A stretch of DNA of 26,528 nt from Promethearchaeota archaeon (GTDB lineage Archaea > Asgardarchaeota > Lokiarchaeia > Sigyniarchaeales > SOKP01): the NCBI GenBank assembly GCA_048941265.1, contig JBHLNT010000047.1, positions 1 through 26,528 on the forward strand, in the 5' to 3' direction. The position numbers and the translations under genes were made by a program. The notes under the pieces were generated by a model, which saw only the letters and a program-made list of their open reading frames with translations, did not search any database and was not told the DNA's origin. Positions 18,269-26,528 of this stretch are shown piece after piece. Each line of letters opens with the position of its first letter. Positions within the stretch are counted from its first letter, which is position 1.

Positions 18269-18916
18269 TTACATTTTAATAATATCTAATTCATGTAATT
18301 TTTTAAGAACATCGTTGATTTCATTTCTGGAGGTTTCTAATAATCTTGAAATTTGGAGAGGGGAGTTTTCTCCGTTGCATTTTAGAGCGACTTTAAGTTC
18401 GAAGTCATTTATCATCCCCATACTCAAGATTTTATCAAGCACTGATTTCATAATTAAGACTTTCGGAAAGACTTCCGCAATGCGACCTCCAAGGCTTAAA
18501 TTTTCAATCTCTGTTTTAAAAGCTTTAAATCTATTTTTTTCGGTAGTTGTTCTATATATTTTAAGATCGCTCTGATGTTTCTTCCAAAATCGACCACCTA
18601 TTTTATGAAGTACCATTCTTATGGTATTAGTTTCATCATCCGCATCCGAAATTGAGCAAAAAAGGATTCTCGATAAGGGATGGTAGTAAATAATTATGGT
18701 TGATTCCTCAGATTCAACAACCCGAGTCATTTCATTTACTCTTCTTCCTTTTGCCATACCTTCCTGAACGTCATCAATCATCCGATTTATTATACTAAAA
18801 AAAACTGCCAAAATTTCATCCTGTACTGTTGAGATAGATTTTTTAAATTCTTTAAATGTGAATTCTAATAAGGACACACCATTATCAGCATCGATTAAGA
18901 ATATTTTATAGATCAA
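18269..18916 (-). CDS. Longin-like domain + C-terminal winged-helix protein
   Basis: IYKIFLIDADNGVSLL (two strands), helix, three strands (TRVVES / TIIIYY / ILFCSIS) and helix give longin topology. LKCNGENSPLQISRLLETSRNEINDVLKKLHELDII is a wHTH. TTG start. Confidence 0.75.
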   Translation of the reverse strand: MIYKIFLIDADNGVSLLEFTFKEFKKSISTVQDEILAVFFSIINRMIDDVQEGMAKGRRVNEMTRVVESEESTIIIYYHPLSRILFCSISDADDETNTIRMVLHKIGGRFWKKHQSDLKIYRTTTEKNRFKAFKTEIENLSLGGRIAEVFPKVLIMKSVLDKILSMGMINDFELKVALKCNGENSPLQISRLLETSRNEINDVLKKLHELDIIKM

Positions 18917-19053
18917 GATTCGAACTATTCAAAAATTAATTTTTACTTTTATAATAACTACTCCCTATTATAAATTTTAATAAATATACTACTTTTTATT
19001 CTGACTTTTTTGAAAGAAATCTTAGAAAGCAAAAATTAGAACTTCGGCAAAAC

Positions 19054-20457
19054 TTAAATATATGAACTTATTAATTCTGTAAGGATATTTGAAAAATTCG
19101 GTAAAAATTTTTCGATTTTCTCTATACTATTTTCTTCCATAAATAAAAGTAAATATAGAGTATATTTATTAACTTGAATTTTTTTAAAAATGATGTTTTT
19201 TGAATCAGTTTTCATACCAGAAGAAATGATATAATCTTTCTTTAAGAGCTTAAATTCTTTAAACGTTTTATATAATGTTTGGAAGTGTGGGGCTGAAATT
19301 TCAAATACTTTGGTTGGAATTTCTTCCTTAGAATAGCTAGACAAGATTATACCATTCTCATTTAGTAATAATAAAGCATCAGCATCGGTATTATCCGCAA
19401 AGATTTTCAGTCGGTTTTTAAAAAATTCTCTGTTGGGGCTCAACTGAGAAAGTCCGTAAGAATAAGCCGAGACAAGGGACCAGTAATCAAATATTGAGGT
19501 TTTAAAAATTTTAATGAAGAAGTTTTCAGCTTTTCTTTCTATTTGAGAAGTGATGATTTCCATATTTCTATTAATTTCTTCAGAACTCTTAATATCCGGG
19601 TCAAATTTATTTAAACATATAACAATCGGAGGGTATTCATCAAGTTCTTTCAATGATTCGATGATATTAGAAAAGAGTTCTAATGACTCCATCACTCTCC
19701 TAAAATCTTGTATATCAATTAAGTAAAATAATAAATCTATATTATAAAGATAAAATTTACTCTGCTCCAGATATTTTTCTCGATATCGTTTTTGACCTCC
19801 TAAATCCCATATAGTAATATGAGAATATTGTTCCTCAAAAATAGTCTCTTCAGATCTCTCCACACCCTTAGTGGGTAATGCTTTAATTATTTCAGAATAT
19901 TTTTTTTTTACTCCAAATAGAAAACTTGTCTTACCAGCTCTATCTAATCCTGCAAGTACAACTTTAATTTTTCTTTGTGAAGAAAAAGGATCTTTTAAAT
20001 CATTACAAAACGCAACTAACTCTTCTCTTAAATCATTCATAATTTTTTGGTACTGTTCGAGATTATCAGAATTTTGTATTTCTGTAGCTGTCTTATCGAT
20101 AATAACTCTTAAATATTTCATATTTTCATAAAAGAAAGTTGATTTTTCTTCGTCTATTAAGACTGTAATTGTTGCGGCCATAGCGTTTCCCCTCGCATTT
20201 TCGTCAGCAATTAGAAAGAAGTAAGTTAATCCCTTTAATCCTAAATCGGGAAAAGGAAGGACTCCAAAATAATTAATATCCTCAATAGAATTGCCATTTT
20301 GATATATAACATCGCCCATAAGTAGACTTATTGTTTTAGTAGCAATTAATAGGCGGGCCCCTTCCTCTAAAGTTTCTGGCCAATAAATTTTTGGAGTCGG
20401 CCCATTATCGTCAAAAATACTAAGTATTATTGATTTAATTATATTTTTATTTGTCAT
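19054..20457 (-). CDS. Fusion protein: FLCN/uDENN-like longin domain + Rag/Arf-like small GTPase + roadblock domain
   Basis: G1 GLDRAGKT (aa 170-177), G2 PTKG, G3 WDLGGQ, G4 NKFD and G5-like TSIFD, followed by the Rag-like segment SQLSPN...FADNTDADALLLL. N-terminal IILSIFDDNGPTP and FLIADENARG. Confidence 0.88.
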   Translation of the reverse strand: MTNKNIIKSIILSIFDDNGPTPKIYWPETLEEGARLLIATKTISLLMGDVIYQNGNSIEDINYFGVLPFPDLGLKGLTYFFLIADENARGNAMAATITVLIDEEKSTFFYENMKYLRVIIDKTATEIQNSDNLEQYQKIMNDLREELVAFCNDLKDPFSSQRKIKVVLAGLDRAGKTSFLFGVKKKYSEIIKALPTKGVERSEETIFEEQYSHITIWDLGGQKRYREKYLEQSKFYLYNIDLLFYLIDIQDFRRVMESLELFSNIIESLKELDEYPPIVICLNKFDPDIKSSEEINRNMEIITSQIERKAENFFIKIFKTSIFDYWSLVSAYSYGLSQLSPNREFFKNRLKIFADNTDADALLLLNENGIILSSYSKEEIPTKVFEISAPHFQTLYKTFKEFKLLKKDYIISSGMKTDSKNIIFKKIQVNKYTLYLLLFMEENSIEKIEKFLPNFSNILTELISSYI

Positions 20458-20637
20458 ATACTGTTGATTTTATTACAATTTTTAGTGGTCTGATATGCTA
20501 GAATTTTTTTTGATTTAGTTAAATGAAATCATTACTCAAAATATAAATAACTATAATATTCTAATATAAAGATATTAATTTTTATATAAAGACTTATGTT
20601 TGATAAAAATTGAGAAATGTCTAAAAATGATAGAGAA

Positions 20638-22440
20638 TTAGGATTTAAATCTAATACATGAGATTTTTGAACTCCCACAAATTGTTTTTATTAATTCTTG
20701 TATATTTTGTACCTCATTTAGTGAAATTTCTACGATATTAAGTCCATTTTTCATTATCTCATGAAATTCACCCTGTTGAGAGATTCTTTTCATTAAACCT
20801 ACTTTAATATTTTTCCTAAAATGAGATGAATTCGTGTAATACGCATTTACTTCTTTTAATAATGGTCTTGTGGTCTCAGGAAAGTGTTTTAAATCTAATC
20901 TTTTAAATCGGAATAATACTTTATTTGAAAGATTTTCTTGTAATACATAACTTTTCCCATCTTCATTTCCAATTACCTCACAGAACTTCTTCATTTCATG
21001 AATGATTTTCTTTCCAAATTCAAAAGCATCCGCATGTTCATGAAGCTCATAATTAGTTAAAAATTTAATTGTTTCATTTAGTCCTATAAAATTAAAAGCT
21101 AAGTTTTGATTTTCTAATTTAAATAATTGTTCATGATTTTTTATAAAACTGCTGCATAAAGGTAAGTGTTTGGACCTTAATCTTTTTTCTATTATTTCAT
21201 ATTTTTTTTTAAAAATTTGAATACAGATTTTCATCTTATCTTTTAAAATTTCGATAAATTTATCTTGGTCTTTGCTTATATAAGCATATCTGGGCAGATT
21301 TAGGCTAATATTTTGAAGGGTTCCTATATTATGAATTTTTTCTCCTTCATATTGGTTTTTTATTTCTTCTTTAACCCATTGAGCACATAAATTAACAATA
21401 TAAACATTTTTGCCCGTTTTTATCTCTTCCCAAACTTTAGAATAGGAACTATTCAATACCTCTAGCCAATCCTTGTTTATGTAGATTATATGTTTAGGAT
21501 AATTAAATTCATTTCCCTCATTATCTCCATGGGTAAATATTTTACTAATAAAATCAAATAGTTTAATATTTTCATTAATATAATCTCCATAGATACCAAA
21601 AATTTTACCATGTGGACCTATTGCGGGTACTTCTGAAAAAATATCCAAAATTCCTGGACTACATGATATTGAGGTAATTGGAGTGTCTCGTCCAATTACA
21701 GCCGCTAGTTGGTTTATTTCGTAAATTAATTCGTGCATGTTATGATTGATCTCATTTTGATTTAAACCTTTGGCGTACGGAGCTAAAAATGTCGTTACAA
21801 AATTAAATCCCTGTCCTCCACTAAATTCTCCTTGAGACATTGCTAACCATTTAACCAAATGATGGATTGCAGTTCTTAGATCCTCTGCGGGCCTAGATTT
21901 ACTGCAATATGGCCAATTTTCAACAGGAGGTAACCCATTTTTAAGAATCATACGAGGATCCCACGCTTGGCTTAAAGGTCTTAAATCAAAATATTTTAAT
22001 TTGTGGATATGAATATCTCCATATAAATGCGCTTTAGATTCCTCATCATTAAGGATTCTTAAGAGAGTATATTCTTCTGCTAATTGATTTGCAGCCCAAT
22101 GATGGATTTTTTCGGGATTAATTACTTCTCCACGTTTCGATTTTGGTCCTTTCTCAAGTATTTCTTCATAATCCATTAATGGCATTCCAATTCTAGTATA
22201 TAATTTTCTTTGTTCTTCAAAATGTTGTTCTGAGAGAATAGAACATACAATTTCCCGAATATGAGGTCCAGAAAGAAATTTTATCCCAGAACTAATAATT
22301 CTTCTTACAACTAACTCTGTAATTTTTTTTGTATCCGCTTCTGTCATACCAGTTTCCATTTGAATACTCTCAAAAATCTTAGAGGGATCAAACTCAACCC
22401 AATCTCCTTCTGTTCTAAATACTTTTGGTAATAAATCCAT
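20638..22440 (-). CDS. ATP-cone + class III ribonucleotide reductase (NrdD)-like protein lacking the catalytic Cys motifs and the glycyl-radical domain
   Basis: ATP cone (VFRTEGDWVEFDPSKIFESI...GPHIREIVCSIL), YTRIGMP, AHLYGDIHIH, FSGGQG, ISLNLPR, FIGLNE, YYTNSSH. Ends before the Zn-ribbon and RxxGY loop. ATG at 22440 is preferred over TTG at 22458. Confidence 0.85.
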   Translation of the reverse strand: MDLLPKVFRTEGDWVEFDPSKIFESIQMETGMTEADTKKITELVVRRIISSGIKFLSGPHIREIVCSILSEQHFEEQRKLYTRIGMPLMDYEEILEKGPKSKRGEVINPEKIHHWAANQLAEEYTLLRILNDEESKAHLYGDIHIHKLKYFDLRPLSQAWDPRMILKNGLPPVENWPYCSKSRPAEDLRTAIHHLVKWLAMSQGEFSGGQGFNFVTTFLAPYAKGLNQNEINHNMHELIYEINQLAAVIGRDTPITSISCSPGILDIFSEVPAIGPHGKIFGIYGDYINENIKLFDFISKIFTHGDNEGNEFNYPKHIIYINKDWLEVLNSSYSKVWEEIKTGKNVYIVNLCAQWVKEEIKNQYEGEKIHNIGTLQNISLNLPRYAYISKDQDKFIEILKDKMKICIQIFKKKYEIIEKRLRSKHLPLCSSFIKNHEQLFKLENQNLAFNFIGLNETIKFLTNYELHEHADAFEFGKKIIHEMKKFCEVIGNEDGKSYVLQENLSNKVLFRFKRLDLKHFPETTRPLLKEVNAYYTNSSHFRKNIKVGLMKRISQQGEFHEIMKNGLNIVEISLNEVQNIQELIKTICGSSKISCIRFKS

Positions 22441-22567
22441 ATTTATACCTGAATTCAAATATTTTTGTATATGTTATTGAATTCAAGAAGTTTAAAAAAA
22501 AAAATTATTAACACATTAAATTTGAATTTAATATATTAAAACGTATTAAAGAATTAGGATTCCTAAA

Positions 22568-23134
22568 ATGAATGAAAAATTCACATTAAAAGACGGTCGA
22601 TTTGTAGATATTAAACGTTTATTCAAAAGTGATTATGAACTGAATAATAATTATGAATTTGTACACAATTGGTTGCGGAAAGTAAGCAAATTCTTAGCTA
22701 AAGGTTTTAAGGAGGAAAATTTAGAAAAAGATAAAAAAGAATTATATAATATCTTTTCAAATGATAAAATGTCCATATTCATAGGAGCTTTGTTTGAAAA
22801 AAGAATTATCGCATCCGCATCTTTAAAATTAAACCCCTCTAATGAAAAGGAATCACATATTGGTACTTGGGGAATTGCTATTCATCCTAATTTTCAAAAT
22901 CAAGGATTAGGGGTAGAATTGTTAACTTTACTTGAAAAAATAGCTAAAGAAAAAGGAATTAAAAAACTTGAAGCAGAATATTATGATGGAAATAAAAGTG
23001 CGGAAATTCTCTACCTTGAAAAAATGAAGTATACAGTGGAAGGAAGAAAAAAATATACTGGTTTATTAAATGATGGGACCTATGCTGATAAAATTCTAAT
23101 TGGAAAATTTATAGACAAGACTCTTAAAGTATGA
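22568..23134 (+). CDS. GNAT-family N-acetyltransferase
   Basis: GIAIHPNFQNQGLG acetyl-CoA motif A, NKSAEILY, YTVEGRKK. Confidence 0.92.
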   Translation: MNEKFTLKDGRFVDIKRLFKSDYELNNNYEFVHNWLRKVSKFLAKGFKEENLEKDKKELYNIFSNDKMSIFIGALFEKRIIASASLKLNPSNEKESHIGTWGIAIHPNFQNQGLGVELLTLLEKIAKEKGIKKLEAEYYDGNKSAEILYLEKMKYTVEGRKKYTGLLNDGTYADKILIGKFIDKTLKV

Positions 23135-23170
23135 ATAATGTGAAATTTTTGACAATAACTCATATATAAT

Positions 23171-23758
23171 TTATCTTGCATACCCAATAGGAATTATATA
23201 TATCGGATCTAAACCCTCAGGGAGCTTTAAAAGCTGTGAAATCTGTTGATCTCGAAAAGCACCTATAGGAACCGAACCTAAACCTAAAGCAACAGCCTCT
23301 AAATGGACATTTTGGGCACAATGTCCTACTTCTATTAAAGCATACCTTTTACCTCTTTCTCCATAACCTCGAGTTATTTTTGGAAAATCAACACATATAA
23401 TTATATTTAAATAAGCTTCATAGATGAAATTTTGACCTAAGGCGTATTGTGCTAGTTGTGCAAGAAGACTCTCATTTGCTTCTTCTTCTATTTCCATTTT
23501 TAATGATGGTTTTTTAAATTGATAAAGATAAAGACCCCTCTTTTTCAAGAAAACATAAATCACTAAAGGATAAATTGCGCCTGCTGAAGGCACAGTTCTC
23601 TTAGAGATATTACTTCCTTGCGCAACCCATAATAACTGTGAGATCTTTTCAATTTCAATTTCTTTATCTGAAAAGATCCTAATACTTTTTCGTTTGAATA
23701 TGGTTTCTTCAAGGCTCATATCTCCTTCAAATTTAGGTTCTAGAAGTTGTATATCCAT
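23171..23758 (-). CDS. SagB/ThcOx-like nitroreductase-family flavoprotein
   Basis: KRKSIRIF, RTVPSAGAIYPL, YGERGKRYALIEVGHCAQN, GLGSVPIGAF. SD GGGTGA lies 6 nt upstream of the ATG. Confidence 0.92.
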   Translation of the reverse strand: MDIQLLEPKFEGDMSLEETIFKRKSIRIFSDKEIEIEKISQLLWVAQGSNISKRTVPSAGAIYPLVIYVFLKKRGLYLYQFKKPSLKMEIEEEANESLLAQLAQYALGQNFIYEAYLNIIICVDFPKITRGYGERGKRYALIEVGHCAQNVHLEAVALGLGSVPIGAFRDQQISQLLKLPEGLDPIYIIPIGYAR

Positions 23759-23850
23759 TTAATCTCACCCACTTAATATTTATTTAATAAGATTATTATG
23801 ATATATAACAATAAGTTTTTTGAATTTTAAAATTTAAAATTTCTTACGGT

Positions 23851-26142
23851 ATGAGACATTCAGATGCGGATCAGTTTTTCGATGAGGTTAAGCTCAAAAT
23901 AAAGCGAGGAATTGTAAAGAAAGATATAGACTTAGAAAAACTTGTCAAAGAAATTGTAAGTTTCAATGTGAATTTCTTAACTGAATTTCAAAGGCTTACG
24001 AAAAAAATCCAAGCTGTAAATGATTATGATCTTATAGATTTATATGGTGATATATTCAAGGTTATTTTAAGATATTTAAAAAATTATAGAGAAGATAATA
24101 ACATAAAAGAAATTTCTATAACAAACGATTTTGTTGAAAATTTTATTGATGAAATCGTAGATATATTAGTCATAGAAAAGCTTTGCTTCAATTGTAAATC
24201 TCCTAATATTTACAAATCAAAAAGTCCTTTTGATGAAACTCGAACATTATATTTCTGTAGACACTGTCAAAAAAGTGTAAAAGTATTTCAAAATATTAAA
24301 TATTTGCCGATTTTTTTAATATATCTAAATAAATGGATGTTAGACTTTAATATTAGAGATTTAAATAAAAATTTACCTAAAATTAAGAATTATAATGAAG
24401 ATTTCGTATTTTATCTCTTTTCTGATTGCCTAGATTTTTTCAAAGATAAAGGTTCTTCAGATACTTTGCTAATGCTTTATGAAATTTTGATAAAAAATGA
24501 TATAAATCACATAATTATCAATGATTCTCGTAAATTTCAAACAGTCTTAATTGAAAATTTAAAAGAGTCGTTAAATAGACAAGATTTTTATGATTTTTTC
24601 ATAGGGAAAAATTATTACAACTCAAAATACGGAGAAATACCTCAAGATATTAAGTTTATGATTGTCGATTCAATTGTCAAATCTCTAAAAACGGGTGAAA
24701 TCTCTAAGATTAAATATGCTATTGAAAATCTCAATGAAGATGAATTTTTTACAACTTTAGATTTATCATCCAATAATAAAATCAAGCAAAAAATTGAGAA
24801 AAATTTTTATTTAGGGCTTGGAAATTGTCTTAGATCGAAAAATTTTGAAAATTTTGAAATAATGGTGGATTCCTCAATTGATTTTGATATTTTTATCGAT
24901 GTCCGAAAAATTCCAAACCGTTTTGAAATAATTTCGGCCCTTGTTTTAGATTGCGTGCGAGAAGTGAGTGAGGGCTATCAGACTTCGAGTTTAGGAAAGG
25001 AAATTGATATCTTGCGTTTTTGTAATGATTACAACTTATTTGAGAGAGACTTAAAAGAGGAGGAGTTAAAAATTATAGAAAATCTTAAAAGAGATATTCT
25101 ACTAACGAGCAATTTACATGATTTATTTGGAGAAATATCTAATTGTTTTCTGTTATTCATAAGAAAAACCATCCCTCAAGACTTATATCAATTCTTTATA
25201 GGGGAACAATATTTATATTATACTGATCAAGACCAACTAGCCTTTTATATAAAAAATGTATTCTTTAACCAATATTCTATCTATGGCTTAAGCGTCAGGT
25301 ATTTAAGTTCTGCTAAGAATTTTATTAAAGAATTCAAAAAATACTTCTTAAAAAATGAAAGTAATTTGGCAAACGATTTTATGGAATTTCCAATCTCCTA
25401 TCAATATCAAGTTTATTTTTATCTTGAGTATGAACGCGACCCATATACCATAGTTAAAAAGCATTTAGTTGCTCCAAAAGTTATTTTTAAGAATATTGAT
25501 AATATATTAGCAAAAAATAATTACAAATTTTATTCTCTTTCAATGGTATTATTAGGGGGACTTGGTCCCCAAGGACATGGATTCACATATTCTACTCCTA
25601 AGGGAGAGGTAATTGAAATCTGCAGTGATGCCCGGGAGAATGAAGCTATAATTGTAAAATATAAACAATTTTTAAGACAACAATTTCTAACTAGATTGGA
25701 AAAAGAATTGCGGGATTTTCATGTAAATATTGAAGTTATAAATAAAATAACAAATTATTTGTTAGAAATTCTTGATCAAAATGAATTGATTAATTATTAC
25801 AAAAAAGGAAGAATCTTAAGGAAAATTAAGGAGTTTCTTTATCAAAATACTCATCAAGATGAGATCAAAAAGATTAATATAGATTTTAAAAACTTAATCG
25901 ATGATATTACAAATGCAATCAATAATATCCTTAGAGAAATCAAAATGGAGGATCAGTTCAAAACTCGCATGGATTTAATTTTAAAAAATGAAATGAAATC
26001 TGAGGATATAGCAAAAATGACATCCCTGAGACAAAAATCACACTATGACGTTCTTCGGGAAAGATTTTTCTTTCAATACATAGTGGATTGGTTTTATGAG
26101 GTATATTCTACCAACAAAAGCAATAGAAAGAAATTACCTTAA
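23851..26142 (+). CDS. Large hypothetical protein with a CxxC...CxxC zinc ribbon
   Basis: 763-aa ORF with CFNC...CRHC, a helical middle region and the Gly-rich motif SMVLLGGLGPQGHGFTYSTPKGEVIEICSD. Confidence 0.8.
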   Translation: MRHSDADQFFDEVKLKIKRGIVKKDIDLEKLVKEIVSFNVNFLTEFQRLTKKIQAVNDYDLIDLYGDIFKVILRYLKNYREDNNIKEISITNDFVENFIDEIVDILVIEKLCFNCKSPNIYKSKSPFDETRTLYFCRHCQKSVKVFQNIKYLPIFLIYLNKWMLDFNIRDLNKNLPKIKNYNEDFVFYLFSDCLDFFKDKGSSDTLLMLYEILIKNDINHIIINDSRKFQTVLIENLKESLNRQDFYDFFIGKNYYNSKYGEIPQDIKFMIVDSIVKSLKTGEISKIKYAIENLNEDEFFTTLDLSSNNKIKQKIEKNFYLGLGNCLRSKNFENFEIMVDSSIDFDIFIDVRKIPNRFEIISALVLDCVREVSEGYQTSSLGKEIDILRFCNDYNLFERDLKEEELKIIENLKRDILLTSNLHDLFGEISNCFLLFIRKTIPQDLYQFFIGEQYLYYTDQDQLAFYIKNVFFNQYSIYGLSVRYLSSAKNFIKEFKKYFLKNESNLANDFMEFPISYQYQVYFYLEYERDPYTIVKKHLVAPKVIFKNIDNILAKNNYKFYSLSMVLLGGLGPQGHGFTYSTPKGEVIEICSDARENEAIIVKYKQFLRQQFLTRLEKELRDFHVNIEVINKITNYLLEILDQNELINYYKKGRILRKIKEFLYQNTHQDEIKKINIDFKNLIDDITNAINNILREIKMEDQFKTRMDLILKNEMKSEDIAKMTSLRQKSHYDVLRERFFFQYIVDWFYEVYSTNKSNRKKLP

Positions 26143-26211
26143 TTTTCTACTTATTATTACTTTTCCAGAACTCTCTTTTTGTTTAATTCTATATTTTGAC
26201 CATAAATAATT

Positions 26212-26528
26212 ATGGCTAATTTATACTCATTTGCATCTTTAAATCAATTCTTTCAAGAACTTTATAGGATTTTAAGAGATACCGATAATAAAGCCACTGA
26301 AGTGTGGTTTGAAATCTCAGAGATTAGTTTTTTAAAAAATTTAGATAAATATAAGCTTACAGAATTTTTACTCAGTTTTAGTTTTATAGAAATAAAGAAA
26401 GGAAACCATAACGTTGATTATATTTCAATAGATAAAATTTTATTTGTTATAGAATCTATAAAAGTGTTAAATTTAGATATAAAATTACTAGCTGAGCTTC
26501 TGGATTATACTGGCTTTGAAATGTTAAT
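26212..26528 (+). CDS. Partial CDS, hypothetical (possibly leading into an Mrr-like endonuclease domain)
   Basis: Not in the ORF track. ATG at 26212 opens a frame with no stop to the window end: MANLYSFASLNQFFQELY...LAELLDYTGFEML. The last residues resemble the 'LxxxxFExL' start of Mrr-type domains. Confidence 0.7.
   Translation, partial: MANLYSFASLNQFFQELYRILRDTDNKATEVWFEISEISFLKNLDKYKLTEFLLSFSFIEIKKGNHNVDYISIDKILFVIESIKVLNLDIKLLAELLDYTGFEML

Noticed and set aside
3144-20131. Short overlapping ORFs (3144-3371, 4407-4595, 5251-5472, 6404-6760, 6532-6738, 6903-7085, 11019-11204, 11236-11436, 15107-15328, 15836-16042, 17556-17801, 17753-17935, 18315-18575, 19871-20131)
   Set aside because: All overlap longer, better-supported genes, antisense or out of frame, and show shadow-type F/S/I/L-rich composition with no motifs.
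20458-20637. Possible frameshifted continuation of NrdD
   Set aside because: No CxxC or RxxGY coding remnant is visible on the minus strand; the spacer looks like ordinary AT-rich promoter DNA.
23171-23758. SagB-like gene as a sign of a RiPP (azole) cluster
   Set aside because: No YcaO, precursor peptide or transporter nearby; stand-alone SagB-type nitroreductases are common in archaea.

Overview
AT-rich, gene-dense archaeal DNA, most likely from an Asgard archaeon (Lokiarchaeia-like). This assignment is inferred from eL13, GGTGA-type ribosome-binding sites and several eukaryotic-signature domains. Housekeeping and metabolic genes include a cyclophilin (missed by the ORF track), an ADP-forming acyl-CoA synthetase with a DRTGG partner, Ogg2, a PfkB kinase, an APC permease, a YkgJ-type protein, a Trm9-like methyltransferase, a GNAT and a SagB-type nitroreductase. 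The main highlight is a 467-aa protein fusing a folliculin/SMCR8-like longin domain, with an apparent arginine-finger motif (FLIADENARG), to a Rag-like GTPase plus roadblock domain. A longin + winged-helix gene lies directly downstream, and a large single-pass membrane protein with a cytoplasmic longin + wHTH tail lies about 5 kb away. Also notable are an intact but apparently catalytically dead ATP-cone/NrdD homologue, a gelsolin-like coiled-coil protein, an eL13-HhH fusion, two small tandem paralogues preceded by a long hairpin, and a probable ATT start codon. No rRNA, tRNA, CRISPR array or mobile element was recognised. All family calls come from reading motifs by eye; no searches were run.
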